Shown here: positions 8,518-19,070 of the stretch, in pieces
Layout of the letters: each line of letters opens with the position of its first letter
Position numbering within the stretch: position 1 is the stretch's first letter
From: Fidelibacterota bacterium
GTDB taxonomy: Bacteria; Fidelibacterota; Marinisomatia; Marinisomatales; UBA1611
DNA: 64,000 bases
Assembly (NCBI GenBank): GCA_016784605.1
Contig: JADHUI010000004.1
Span: 7,872-71,871, forward strand
Direction: 5' to 3'
Made by a program: the position numbers and the translations under genes
Notes under the pieces: generated by a model
Database searches by the model: none
Told to the model about the DNA's origin: nothing
What the model saw: only the letters and a program-made list of their open reading frames with translations

Positions 8518-11500
8518 ATGGATACTTTCAAAAGAGTTTTCTACGTAAGAGTTGTTTTGTTTCTGCTATTAACCAATCACCTATTTGCAGGAGATGTTGG
8601 TAAGGTTGTAGGGACAGTTGTGGATAAAGAAAATGGCAGTCCATTGCCAGGCGTAAATGTTATGTTGGTTGGAACGTCATATGGTGCCGCGACAACCGAA
8701 ACAGGATCGTTTGTAATATTGAATGTTGCGCCAGGGCTTTATAGCGTGAAATTTAGCTATATTGGGTATCGTTCCGTTACGATTGAGCAAGTTCGTGTTA
8801 CGTCAGATCTTACCACAAATCTTTTCGAAACGAAACTTGCTTCCGAAGCCCTAGATGGGGAAGAAGTTGTTGTTATCGCTGAAAAGTCATTGATTGAAAT
8901 TAATGCCACAAATGAAGTGCGTGTTGTTCGTTCAGAAGATATTCAAAACATGAATGTTCGTGGATATGCCGACGTTGTTGCATTACAAACAGGTGTTGTT
9001 GTAGATGCCAGTGGAGACCTCCATATTCGTGGTGGTCGTACAGATGAAGTTGGTTTTTATGTGGATGGTGTCTATGTTAATAACGCATTCACGAGCGGTC
9101 GCGCAGGCGACGTTCCAAACTTAAGTTTGGAAGAGGTCTCTTTCCAGTCTGGTGGTTTTGGAGCCGAATATGGTTCTGCCAATTCGGGGATTGTAAAAAC
9201 AACCACAAAAACAGGTGGAACAGATTTAAATATAACCGTTGAGGGAATTAAAGATTTTGGTTCTCCAGATGCATCCGTTGATAAACCTTTTGCTTACTCT
9301 TACGGATATCAGTTAGGTTCATTTGCTTTAGGTGGACCGGTTCCTGGTTTAAATTGGTTGCGTTATTTTCTTTCTGTTGAACAGTCCAGTTTAGCAGACG
9401 CAAGTCCAACGAATGCAACAGTTCCCTATTATACGGGCGATCTTGATGCTGCTGGCCGACCTAATGTTGGTGATAATTATATTGACGCAAATGGAAATAC
9501 CATTTGGGATGATTTTATTGATAAAGACGCGAATGGTGTATACGATGAAGGCGTTGATACTCCTGCGGAAGTTTATACAGACCTTAATGGTAATGGTGAA
9601 TACGATGCTCCAGATTATAAAGATATTTCTGCTGACGATGTAGAATATAGATGGGGGCCCAAACCAAATAACTGGATTGAAAAATCAAGCGTAGCTGGAA
9701 ATATCCTAATTGATTTTCAACCTAAATTCAAATTGCCTTGGAAATTAAAAATTGGCGGATCATCCTTTAATAGCGAAAGATCAAATTATAGCCATACACG
9801 ATCTTTGTTTGATGTGTATAGTCCAAAGAGTACATCAAATCAAGTTGGGACAGGCGACTGGATAAATAGATTTAATAAATCGGATAATGGGTTTCAATCG
9901 TTTTATGGAAATTTAAGTGGTGCGATTCCTGCATTTAAAAATATGTTTTTTAATGTGCAATATAGTCACTCGCAAGATTCATATAAATATTATGATCCTG
10001 TTTTTGATCAAAGTTATGGTCAGTTTACCTATGAAGACGGAACATTATCTGGACTAGAAGTGCCTTTTATTAATTCGGGTAAAATGTATGACTATACAAG
10101 CGACCCTGTTTATCAATATGTTGTTACAGACTCTCTCGACAATATTTTAGGTGTGTATGATTATGATTATTGGAATTTTGACACGGTAGATATTGCTTCC
10201 CAAGCATGGGCTCAAGATACAAGTGTATATTGGGCGTGGGATTCAACAGCCTTTTGGCGTTACAATGAAATGCGTTATGACGATATGAATTATATCAACC
10301 CATTATATAATGGTAATGCAAAAATGCCAACACCAGATTTAGAATTAGCAAACTATACTAAAGCTGGGTATACAAGCGCAGATGGAAGTAATTATACAAA
10401 ACGGAATACATCGAGAGATGCATTTACAGGTTCTTTGACGTGGCAGTATAATAATCACGAATTAAAAGCAGGGTTTGAAATAACAAACAGTATGATTCGT
10501 TATTATCGGTTAAGTCGTTCTCGCTCTATTACGAGTTATTTTTCAGTCAACCCTCCTTATTCAGGCGATCAGGATATTTGGAAGTATGACTGGGTTGCTA
10601 CAGACACAGATTCAAATGGCATTGTACTAGATTCAGCCCTTTCAGTCACCATGGGACAAGATGGTGTATTAGATTATACTCAAGATGATACTGATTCCTG
10701 GAAAGACGATGACTATGATGGTGATGGCGATTCAGATTATGATGATTACTTCGGTAATTATAAACATCAAGCGTATGCGTCTGCTTATGCTGAAAATATT
10801 GGTTATAATATTACTGGCGAAGAAGAAGTGAATTCTGGGCAAGACGATGCGCGCCGCCCTAACAGTAGAGCCTTTTATCTTAGGGATAAAATTGAGCTAA
10901 ATGATTTGGTGTTAAATCTAGGTTTGCGTTATGATTATTTCGATCCAGCAAACAAAATATTTAACCCGGAAACAGGTGGAGCAAACAATATTGTTATTGA
11001 TGATAACAATCAAATCGCTGAAACAGTTTATGCAAAAGATGCAGATGAAAATGGCATCCTAGATCCTGCTGAATATATTTATTGGGACCCTACGTCAGAA
11101 GATGCATCAGGTCGTCCTCATCGAATTGACGCTGAACCAAGATCTTTAATTAGTCCGCGTGTTGGCATGGCGTTCCCAATTTCGGATAAAACAGTATTTC
11201 ATGCGCAGTATGGAAAATATTTCCAACAGCCTGAAAATAATCGTTTATTTGTAAGTTATATTCGATTTGTTCAGAATTTGAGCCAGGGGAATTTTACTAT
11301 TTCCGCTAACCCAGATTTACAACCTCAAGAAAACACTCAATATGAAATTGGTTTTAAACAAATGGTTTCTGCAGATGTAAGTATTGACGCTACTGTCTTT
11401 TATAAGCAAATGACGGGTTACCCGCAAATTCGAAATATTGCTGCGCGCCCTGTTGGATATGCCCTTTATGTGAATGGGGATTATGGAACAGTTAAGGGAT

Positions 11501-12162
11501 TAAGTCTATCCTTAAAAACGCGACGGATTAGCAACTTAATGCTTGATGCGAATTACACGCTACAGTATGCAGGTGGTACGGGGTCAAGTGCGGGGGGCAA
11601 CTACCGTATTGCTTGGCAGGGTGGAAACAATTTAACCTATGTTTCGCCTCTTGATTTTGATCAACGCCACACAGGGAATCTAGCTTTAGATTATCGAACA
11701 GGCGTTCGTTCTAGGGTTCCGTTATTCGGTGTAAATATGTTAATGAGATTTGGAAGTGGTCTTCCATACACACCTGTACAAGTAGATACAGAAGTATTGA
11801 CGGGTGGTATTTCTTACCGACCCACAGCGGCATTTAATTCTGCCAATATGCCTTGGTCTATGAATGTAGATTTAAAAGTGGATAAAGGTTTGAGTTTTGG
11901 TAAGTATAATATGAAATTCTTTGTCTGGGTGAAAAATCTCTTAGACATCAGAAATGTGAGCACAATCTATCCAGCGACTGGCCAAGCCGATAATGATGGC
12001 TGGTTAGGCACAGATGAAGGTGTAAACTGGATGACAAATGCTGCTTTTAATGGAAACGCAACACAAGAACAAGCGGCTAACCTTTATAATTCCAAACTGT
12101 CAGATCCTTATAATTGGGAAGAGCCAAGACAAGTTCGAATTGGTTTCCGGATTGATTTATAA
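8518..12162 (+). CDS. TonB-dependent receptor, SusC-like architecture with N-terminal CarboxypepD_reg-like domain (1214 aa)
   Basis: AGGAG at 8507..8511, 6 nt before the ATG. Signal VVLFLLLTNHLFA. CarboxypepD_reg-like GKVVGTVVDKENGSPLPGVNVML...YSVKFSYIGYRS. Plug motif LHIRGGRTDEVGFYVDGV. Paralogue of 4993..8286. Confidence 0.85.
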   Translation: MDTFKRVFYVRVVLFLLLTNHLFAGDVGKVVGTVVDKENGSPLPGVNVMLVGTSYGAATTETGSFVILNVAPGLYSVKFSYIGYRSVTIEQVRVTSDLTTNLFETKLASEALDGEEVVVIAEKSLIEINATNEVRVVRSEDIQNMNVRGYADVVALQTGVVVDASGDLHIRGGRTDEVGFYVDGVYVNNAFTSGRAGDVPNLSLEEVSFQSGGFGAEYGSANSGIVKTTTKTGGTDLNITVEGIKDFGSPDASVDKPFAYSYGYQLGSFALGGPVPGLNWLRYFLSVEQSSLADASPTNATVPYYTGDLDAAGRPNVGDNYIDANGNTIWDDFIDKDANGVYDEGVDTPAEVYTDLNGNGEYDAPDYKDISADDVEYRWGPKPNNWIEKSSVAGNILIDFQPKFKLPWKLKIGGSSFNSERSNYSHTRSLFDVYSPKSTSNQVGTGDWINRFNKSDNGFQSFYGNLSGAIPAFKNMFFNVQYSHSQDSYKYYDPVFDQSYGQFTYEDGTLSGLEVPFINSGKMYDYTSDPVYQYVVTDSLDNILGVYDYDYWNFDTVDIASQAWAQDTSVYWAWDSTAFWRYNEMRYDDMNYINPLYNGNAKMPTPDLELANYTKAGYTSADGSNYTKRNTSRDAFTGSLTWQYNNHELKAGFEITNSMIRYYRLSRSRSITSYFSVNPPYSGDQDIWKYDWVATDTDSNGIVLDSALSVTMGQDGVLDYTQDDTDSWKDDDYDGDGDSDYDDYFGNYKHQAYASAYAENIGYNITGEEEVNSGQDDARRPNSRAFYLRDKIELNDLVLNLGLRYDYFDPANKIFNPETGGANNIVIDDNNQIAETVYAKDADENGILDPAEYIYWDPTSEDASGRPHRIDAEPRSLISPRVGMAFPISDKTVFHAQYGKYFQQPENNRLFVSYIRFVQNLSQGNFTISANPDLQPQENTQYEIGFKQMVSADVSIDATVFYKQMTGYPQIRNIAARPVGYALYVNGDYGTVKGLSLSLKTRRISNLMLDANYTLQYAGGTGSSAGGNYRIAWQGGNNLTYVSPLDFDQRHTGNLALDYRTGVRSRVPLFGVNMLMRFGSGLPYTPVQVDTEVLTGGISYRPTAAFNSANMPWSMNVDLKVDKGLSFGKYNMKFFVWVKNLLDIRNVSTIYPATGQADNDGWLGTDEGVNWMTNAAFNGNATQEQAANLYNSKLSDPYNWEEPRQVRIGFRIDL

Positions 12163-12194
12163 TGATGAGACAGGGAAATAGGAGATATAATACA

Positions 12195-15100
12195 ATGCAA
12201 ATTAAAAAAATAGTACTTCTGTTAGCTGCCAGCGCCATGCTGATGGCAGCAGAACCAACAAATAGAGTAGGGGATCCAGCTCATGCTGAAGGGCTGTTAA
12301 AGTCTATGTTCCCTAACTCGGGTGTAATTGAACACGTTTTATGGGATGGAAATAATATTTCCACCGTTCACGGGAACCATGGCGATGTATCTAGTTATCA
12401 CGTAACAGGAAGCTCGGGAACGGAGTGGCCAAAAGGAAGTGGCAAATTTGCCATTTTCCAATCAGGGCTTTGGATGCTTAGCGCAAAATCAAGACCTAAC
12501 GATCCAACCGTTTCTGACGAGGATGATACAACGCCCTATGTAGATGATGTGCGTTCAGCGGCAGCAGAATATTCTGTTGAATATGTTCCGGGAAATATGT
12601 CGGGAACAAATGATGGTCATATTTATCAAATACATCGTGCCGAGTTAGACGCTTTCCTTGAAAATGATTATGCCACATATAGTGCAATGAGTTCATCGTT
12701 ACCCATTACTAAAATTGATGGCGCGAATATTTTCACAGAATTAATAACAAAATCATTCCCTACCGGTGATTTTGAAAATTGGCCCGCACAAGATGGAGCT
12801 CCATGGATAGATGTAAACGGAGATGGTGTTTATAATATTCAAGATGGTGATTATCCTGATATTTTAGGCGATATGTTTCATTGGTATGTTATGAATGATG
12901 CCGATGCGGCAACACACCAAAATTTATGGGGAACAGCTCCCATGGGAATGGAAGTTCAAACATCTGTTTTCGGGTTTAATCAAGCAGGTGCCCTAGGGAA
13001 TATTATGTTTGTTCGCTGGGTGGCTATTAATAAAGGGACAGATGATTTAGACAGTGTTTACGTATCCATGTGGCACGATGATGATGTTGGTGATGCAAGT
13101 GATGATTTAGTCGGTTGTGATACATTATTAAGCGTTGGTTACACATATAATGCTGGCACAGATATGTTATATGGTGCTGGTGTTCCAGCGGCGGGTGCAG
13201 ATTTCTTTCAAGGACCGCTTGTGGACTCTGAAGGCGATACGGCAACTATATTAACATGGTCTTCTGATTCTAGCTATTATGTTAAATCTATAGCTGGGAA
13301 AAAACGACTCGGCTTAACGTCTTTTGCCAAATATTCTAATGGGAATCCAATTGCAGGTGATCCTGAAACAGCCGAAGAAGCTTTAAACTATGCCAATGGA
13401 AGAATTGGAGAAAGTGGAGATCTGCAAATTGATCCAGGTACGGGTGAACCAACGATGTTTGTCCATGCTGGTGATCCTGTTACAGGCGCTGGCGATTTGG
13501 ATCATACCGAAGGTGATCGTCGTTATATGATGACTTCAGGTCCATTTACTTTTAATGTGGGCGATACAGCAGAAGTTGTTGGTTCTATCATTATTGCTGC
13601 GAGTGGTGATTGGCAAAAATCTATTACAAAAATGAAATACTATGATAATTTTGCTCAAGGTGCTTTTGATGCAAACTTTAATGTATGTTCACCTCCAGCT
13701 CCAGAAGTGGAAGTGTCTCAAATGGATCGAAAAGTGGTTCTATCCTTTGAGGGTATTGCTGAAAAAGTTGAAGAGTATGCCTGTGCTGGTTATGCCTTTC
13801 AAGGCTATAATATTTACCAGGGTGAATCAGCCGTTGGTCCTTGGAAAAGAGTTACAACATACGATTTAGTTGATGAAATTAAACTAATTATTGATCAAGG
13901 TTTAGACGACGCAACTGGAGAATTGTTAGAATTCCCATCCCAGTTTGGAACAGACACGGGTATTGATCATTATATCGAAATTGATCAAGATTATGTAAAT
14001 GGTGGTTTACTCATCAATTATCGTGAATATTATTTCGCTGTTACAGCTTATGCCTTTGACCCAGATGCGGCGAAACGTGTTATTGAAAGTCCTATATATG
14101 CTTATACAGCTATTCCAAATCCTCCAGGCGTTGGAACAGAATTAGCTATCGGTAATAATGAAAATGTGGATTATTCACATACCGCAGGAACAGCAGGTAC
14201 ATCCATTTATCCAAATGTGGTTGACCCATATTTATTAACAGGCGAATTATACAGTGTTACGGTTGAAGAAGCAGACAGTACTCGATCTAAATGGGTATTA
14301 TCCAGTGGCGCTGAAGTGGTTGCTGAAGATACACTTTTCCCAATTACACAAGATTATTTTGCTACTTTAAAAGAGGCAAATGGCGGAATTGATCCAGATG
14401 GTGTTTATATTAATAATACCATTACGGATGGATTTATTTTAACATTTCAAGACGGACTCTGGGATGTGAATGATTATTCTAGCGCAACAGAAACAGTGGC
14501 AGATACAGCTAATTCTGAGCTTGCTTTTTCAGGGTTAGGGTCTGGTGGATTTAGCGCCTGGGCAGATTATATGAATTTCTTATTTGATACATACGGATCT
14601 AATGCTGGTTTCTCACCTGCGAATGGTGTCCCATCTGTTGATGACAAACAAAGAGATATTGAGCTTAGGTTCACGGACAATGGTTCTATTGCTTCTTACG
14701 CTAACATTCAATCTTTACGAGGAAATGTGGACCCAGATACAATTATGATTCCATTTGAGTTGTGGGATATTGAAAACGGTGAAGAGAGACAAATTAATGT
14801 CCTAACATATCAGGTTGCTGGTGCTACGAAGCCAGAAAGTTTTATTGAACCAGTCTTATACAATGAAGACTCAACTGTCAGTCATTGGGCTTTTGCAGCC
14901 AACTTCCAATATATTCCTGTTTATACGAATTATGAAGCAAGCTCTGTTTCACCAATTCACCCACAAGACGATGCAGATCAAACAGGTTGGGTTTTGAATT
15001 TCAACAGAAATAATACAGTATGGCAAAGCGGTGATCAAATCGAAATCGTATTTGATAATCCATTGGTCCAAGGAGTGGATGAATATCAATTTACTCCTAT

Positions 15101-15485
15101 TGGAACAAAGGCAAGTGTAGATGCTTCAGTTGACATTGAAAAAATCAATGTATTCCCCAATCCATATTTTGGTCAAAACCCGGAAGAAAGCAACCCTCAG
15201 GGCAGAATGGTTTATTTTACGCATTTAGGTGTAGGAACATCTACAATTCGGATTTACACTATTTCCGGAGATTTGGTGACCCGTTTTGATCATGATGTGG
15301 TTAGTGAAAATGCTGCTGGTGGTAATCGAGCTGTTTGGGATTTGAGAAATAGTAACGGAATTCCGGTTGCAAGTGGTGTATATATTGTTTATATCACTGT
15401 AACAGATGAGAATGGTACTGCCATTGGAGATAAAATTTTGAAACTCGCAATATTCCAGCCTGAAGAGCGGCTGGACTTATTTTAA
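12195..15485 (+). CDS. About 1096-aa secreted protein of unknown function with FN3-like central domain and T9SS/FlgD-Ig-like C-terminal sorting domain
   Basis: The ATG at 12195 follows AGGAG (12179..12183) and gives signal MQIKKIVLLLAASAMLMAA. The ORF-track start at 12162 overlaps the TBDR stop. FN3-like PPAPEVEVSQMDRKVVLSF...FQGYNIYQG...YYFAVTAYAFD. CTD VFPNPY...IRIYTISGDLV...WDLRNSNGIPVASGVYIVYI. Conserved block LRFTDNGSIASYANIQSLRGNVDPDTIMIPFELWD matches IRFTESGSISSYYNLNILRGNAEPDTIQLPIEIWD in 1691..4990. Confidence 0.7.
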   Translation: MQIKKIVLLLAASAMLMAAEPTNRVGDPAHAEGLLKSMFPNSGVIEHVLWDGNNISTVHGNHGDVSSYHVTGSSGTEWPKGSGKFAIFQSGLWMLSAKSRPNDPTVSDEDDTTPYVDDVRSAAAEYSVEYVPGNMSGTNDGHIYQIHRAELDAFLENDYATYSAMSSSLPITKIDGANIFTELITKSFPTGDFENWPAQDGAPWIDVNGDGVYNIQDGDYPDILGDMFHWYVMNDADAATHQNLWGTAPMGMEVQTSVFGFNQAGALGNIMFVRWVAINKGTDDLDSVYVSMWHDDDVGDASDDLVGCDTLLSVGYTYNAGTDMLYGAGVPAAGADFFQGPLVDSEGDTATILTWSSDSSYYVKSIAGKKRLGLTSFAKYSNGNPIAGDPETAEEALNYANGRIGESGDLQIDPGTGEPTMFVHAGDPVTGAGDLDHTEGDRRYMMTSGPFTFNVGDTAEVVGSIIIAASGDWQKSITKMKYYDNFAQGAFDANFNVCSPPAPEVEVSQMDRKVVLSFEGIAEKVEEYACAGYAFQGYNIYQGESAVGPWKRVTTYDLVDEIKLIIDQGLDDATGELLEFPSQFGTDTGIDHYIEIDQDYVNGGLLINYREYYFAVTAYAFDPDAAKRVIESPIYAYTAIPNPPGVGTELAIGNNENVDYSHTAGTAGTSIYPNVVDPYLLTGELYSVTVEEADSTRSKWVLSSGAEVVAEDTLFPITQDYFATLKEANGGIDPDGVYINNTITDGFILTFQDGLWDVNDYSSATETVADTANSELAFSGLGSGGFSAWADYMNFLFDTYGSNAGFSPANGVPSVDDKQRDIELRFTDNGSIASYANIQSLRGNVDPDTIMIPFELWDIENGEERQINVLTYQVAGATKPESFIEPVLYNEDSTVSHWAFAANFQYIPVYTNYEASSVSPIHPQDDADQTGWVLNFNRNNTVWQSGDQIEIVFDNPLVQGVDEYQFTPIGTKASVDASVDIEKINVFPNPYFGQNPEESNPQGRMVYFTHLGVGTSTIRIYTISGDLVTRFDHDVVSENAAGGNRAVWDLRNSNGIPVASGVYIVYITVTDENGTAIGDKILKLAIFQPEERLDLF

Positions 15486-15500
15486 GCATTGGAGGATAGA

Positions 15501-16601
15501 ATGTATAAATCTATTTATTACAAATGTGTGTCTATTGGGCTTTTGCTCGGAATCTTTTTTCTGAGCACAGCAGTAGAAGCGGGGAGTAAAGCTCGCCGCG
15601 GAACAGCAGGAGCGCAGGAATTATTAATGCCACTTGGGTCGAAGGGTACAGCTATGTCTGGCGCTTATGTTGCCGGTATTACCGGTGTTGAAGCTGCCCA
15701 CTGGAATATTGCTGGATTGGGTGGTATGGAAGGAAATGGGGAAGCCATGTTTTCTCAGAGTAATTGGATTGCTGGAATTGATATGTCTTACGGTATTGTT
15801 GCCACTTCTGTGGGCGCCAATATGTTTGGTGTATCTTTAAAGTCATTCAACTTTGGGGATATTCCCGTTACAACAAGTTCTCAACCAGACGGAACAGGTG
15901 AAATGTATTCACCTCGATTCTTTACATTGGGTGCTATGTATGCACGTCGTGTGACGGATCGGATTCGATTTGGAACAGAATTCAAAATTGTGAATGAATC
16001 TATCATGCGCGAAACGGCAACAGGATTTGCAGTGGATGCGGGCGTTCAATACAATATTAACAATATTCAACTTGGGGCATCCATTCGTAACCTTGGGACA
16101 AACATGAAATTTAGCGGTTCTGACCTAGATGAATTTCATCAACCAGATGGAACAGACCCAGGCACACCGAATGAACCTCGACAAATTGGAACGTCTCAAT
16201 TTGAAATGCCAACAACATTTGAAATGGGCGTTGCATACAATAAATCCTTTTCAGGAAATGATGTCATTTTAGCAGCATCCTTTTTAAACAACAATTTTTC
16301 TTTTGATGAATATCGTTTCGGCGCAGAAGTTAAAACCATGGGAATGCTTTATCTCCGCGGTGGAATGGCTTTTGCGCAAGATCCAGAACCATTTGGAGAC
16401 GACGGTATTGAAGGAACAACAGACGATAGTGATGATGTTGTTTGGGAGCAAAAAACAGAAGATTTTATATGGGGTCCGTCATTTGGATTTGGACTGGACT
16501 TTTCTAAACTATTAGGTGTAGGTTTATCCGTGGACTATGCTTACAGATCTGCTGAGTTTTTCAGTGGAGTAAGCTGGTTATCTTTAAACTTCGCCTTTTA
16601 A
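15501..16601 (+). CDS. PorV/PorQ-family outer-membrane beta-barrel protein, plus-arm copy
   Basis: The ATG at 15501 is preceded by GGAGG (15491..15495). The ORF-track start at 15489 is TTG. Signal SIGLLLGIFFLSTAVEA. Motif GTAGAQELLMPLGSKGTAMSGAYVAGITGVEAAHWNIAGLG. C-terminal LSLNFAF. Paralogue of 618..1694. Confidence 0.6.
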   Translation: MYKSIYYKCVSIGLLLGIFFLSTAVEAGSKARRGTAGAQELLMPLGSKGTAMSGAYVAGITGVEAAHWNIAGLGGMEGNGEAMFSQSNWIAGIDMSYGIVATSVGANMFGVSLKSFNFGDIPVTTSSQPDGTGEMYSPRFFTLGAMYARRVTDRIRFGTEFKIVNESIMRETATGFAVDAGVQYNINNIQLGASIRNLGTNMKFSGSDLDEFHQPDGTDPGTPNEPRQIGTSQFEMPTTFEMGVAYNKSFSGNDVILAASFLNNNFSFDEYRFGAEVKTMGMLYLRGGMAFAQDPEPFGDDGIEGTTDDSDDVVWEQKTEDFIWGPSFGFGLDFSKLLGVGLSVDYAYRSAEFFSGVSWLSLNFAF

Positions 16602-16695
16602 ACGAAGGTAGAAGGCACAATAGATGGAACAAAATACAGGTAGTATTCCCATTTATTGTTGCTTGCAAGCAAGAAAAACAAACAAAGGAGTTAAA

Positions 16696-19044
16696 ATGAG
16701 TAAGAATGTGATAAAGTTCTTAAGCGTAATGCTCGTCCTAACATGGACTCTTTCTGCAGAAGGAGCAAAATCTGGTTCGGTTGACCGCGCTGGAAGCCAT
16801 TTAGGATTACATTATTCAGAGAACGGCTCAACAGGTGAAGCAGATGCTTTAACGGGACCGATTGTACTTCCTCGTAAGGAATACACTCAGCGTTTTAACC
16901 GTGGTACAGCTGATACAATGTCTTATGATAGCCAAGTTGGTTGGGGTGGACAATTTATTCAAGCCCCAGGCGATGCTATGTTAATGATGTATCAATTACC
17001 AGCAGATGCAACCCTTAAGGGCGTAAATATTCCCATTTATGAATGGGGTACTGGCGATCAGGAATTCACCGTGTCTGTCCATAAACTTTCTTATCCAGTA
17101 ACCGCTGATGGCGAAACTGCTTATAGCAGTGATGCTGTTGATGGTGACGGTTGGATTGGTGGATATGATATGGCTGATGATGGTTCTGTTTCTATTGAAG
17201 GTACAGAATACACAGCTGGCGGAACAGTAAGTATTTGTCAAGATGGTGCTAACGCTGTTGCAGAAGGCGCAACAGATCCATTGGGCAGCGAGGCAGGTTT
17301 TGGACCTCCCGGAGTTCCAGTTATGGGTCTTGTGTGGCCAGACGGTGTTACAGCTGTAACAATGACACCCGCTACACACGGCGACTATGCTGTGGATGGA
17401 ATTTCTGACCATTGGATTAACTTTGCTGATTTTGGTTCTGAACCAGAATTATTGCAAGGTGAATGGGTTGGAATTATGGTTGCTTACACCGGTGAAGGTG
17501 GTGGCGACGATGAAGCAACTGGTTTCTTCTATGCAGAAGGTAATGGCGTTGTTTCTCCATGGGCTTTCATGAAGTTTTATGCAGGTTGTAGTGGTACTTC
17601 TGGTAACGGTGGTTGGCATATTCGCCATTGGCTCATTCGCTATAATTTAGCGGTTGAACTAACAGGCGATCGTGCACCAGCTATTAGTGGCGCAACACCT
17701 CTTTATACAACAATGTCTAATGATGCTCGTCCGGTATCAGCTACAATCACAGATGATAATCCATCAGGTGGTGCTGCTGGTGTTGAAAGTGCAACATTGC
17801 ATGTATATCCAATGCCATCTCATGCATATCAAACATTTGATATGACTGCTGACGGTGATACCTATTCTGGTGAAATTCCTGGAATGGAAGCTGGAACAGA
17901 AATCTATTGGTGGATTACTGCAACAGACGTTGAGGGGAATGAAACTGAAACAACCCAATGGTATTACAGTATTTTCCAAGCAACACAACCAACACTATTT
18001 TTCTATAATAGTGGTGAATATGGTTCCTGGATTGCTGGATACTACATGTATGGTTTAACACACCCATTCGATTTCTGGGATGGCGCTAATTATGGTGCAG
18101 CTACTAGCGACCTATTAGCAGCCTACGAAAGTGTAATCGAAATGACAGGCGGTGGCCCTGCTGTGATAAACAGTGAAGCTGTTGCTCCATGGTTTGCAGA
18201 AGGTGGAAAAGATTATATCCTCGCAGGCGATGAATGGTTAGGTGCTCAATCAGGTTGGGAAAACCTTGACTACGTTGAAGGTGATTTCCAATATGATGTT
18301 CTTGGTATTGATGCTGACTATAATGATATTAATTATGGTGCAAGCGGAGACCAAAATGGCGTGTCTCGTTTAGAAGCTATTTCGGGTGATGCTATTTCTG
18401 GTGCACTTCATGAGTTCATGGCAGATTCATTAGTATTGAACTATGATCCTAATTATGAATTAGGCATTTCAAACTGGTTAGACGGTGTAGATGTTGTTGA
18501 TGGTTTCAGCAACTCTTTCAACGCTTATAGCACAGTTCTTGATTCTAATGGTGTTCTTTCAGATGATGCTGAATTGATGGCTACCGGACCTTATAAAGCA
18601 CACGATAATGGAAGTAATTCTGTTTTCTTTGGCTTTGATCCATTATGTTTAAATACAACACCATATCATTGGATTGGTATTTATGGAACTGGTGCGCTAC
18701 AATCCGCTGTAGTATGGGCTGATGTATTTGCATCCGTTGGCGATGAAGATACAAACCCATTAGCTCAATCTTTTGAGTTACTCGGTAACTATCCAAATCC
18801 ATTTAACCCAACAACGAACATTGCATTCAACTTGAATGTACGTTCTGATGTGACTGTAAGAATCTTCTCCGTATTAGGTGAAGAAATTGCAACAATCCAA
18901 AGTGGCAATCTCGCTTCAGGAACCAATATGGTTTCTTGGAACGGAACAAACAACTTTGGTCAATCCGTTGCTTCTGGTCTCTACATTTATCAAGTAGAAG
19001 CGGGTCAACAGTCCTTAACAGGGAAAATGATGCTCTTGAAATAA
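16696..19044 (+). CDS. About 782-aa secreted protein of unknown function with T9SS type-A-like C-terminal sorting domain
   Basis: The ATG at 16696 follows AAGGAG (16685..16690) and gives signal MSKNVIKFLSVMLVLTWTLSA. Ig-like block SATITDDNPSGGAAGVESATLHVY...YSGEIPGMEAGTEIYWWITATDVEGN. C-terminal NYPNPFNPTTNIAFNL...VRIFSVLGEEI...GLYIYQVEAG...GKMMLLK (about 18772..19041). Confidence 0.7.
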   Translation: MSKNVIKFLSVMLVLTWTLSAEGAKSGSVDRAGSHLGLHYSENGSTGEADALTGPIVLPRKEYTQRFNRGTADTMSYDSQVGWGGQFIQAPGDAMLMMYQLPADATLKGVNIPIYEWGTGDQEFTVSVHKLSYPVTADGETAYSSDAVDGDGWIGGYDMADDGSVSIEGTEYTAGGTVSICQDGANAVAEGATDPLGSEAGFGPPGVPVMGLVWPDGVTAVTMTPATHGDYAVDGISDHWINFADFGSEPELLQGEWVGIMVAYTGEGGGDDEATGFFYAEGNGVVSPWAFMKFYAGCSGTSGNGGWHIRHWLIRYNLAVELTGDRAPAISGATPLYTTMSNDARPVSATITDDNPSGGAAGVESATLHVYPMPSHAYQTFDMTADGDTYSGEIPGMEAGTEIYWWITATDVEGNETETTQWYYSIFQATQPTLFFYNSGEYGSWIAGYYMYGLTHPFDFWDGANYGAATSDLLAAYESVIEMTGGGPAVINSEAVAPWFAEGGKDYILAGDEWLGAQSGWENLDYVEGDFQYDVLGIDADYNDINYGASGDQNGVSRLEAISGDAISGALHEFMADSLVLNYDPNYELGISNWLDGVDVVDGFSNSFNAYSTVLDSNGVLSDDAELMATGPYKAHDNGSNSVFFGFDPLCLNTTPYHWIGIYGTGALQSAVVWADVFASVGDEDTNPLAQSFELLGNYPNPFNPTTNIAFNLNVRSDVTVRIFSVLGEEIATIQSGNLASGTNMVSWNGTNNFGQSVASGLYIYQVEAGQQSLTGKMMLLK

Positions 19045-19070
19045 GATCATTCATTTGATGAACCTAAAAA

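Noticed and set aside
8518-19044. Impression that the plus-arm locus is more GC-rich than the neighbouring housekeeping genes (possible horizontal acquisition).
   Set aside because: I could not compute GC or codon statistics. The Gly/Ala/Asp-rich composition of secreted barrel proteins could explain the impression. There are no mobility genes at the borders.
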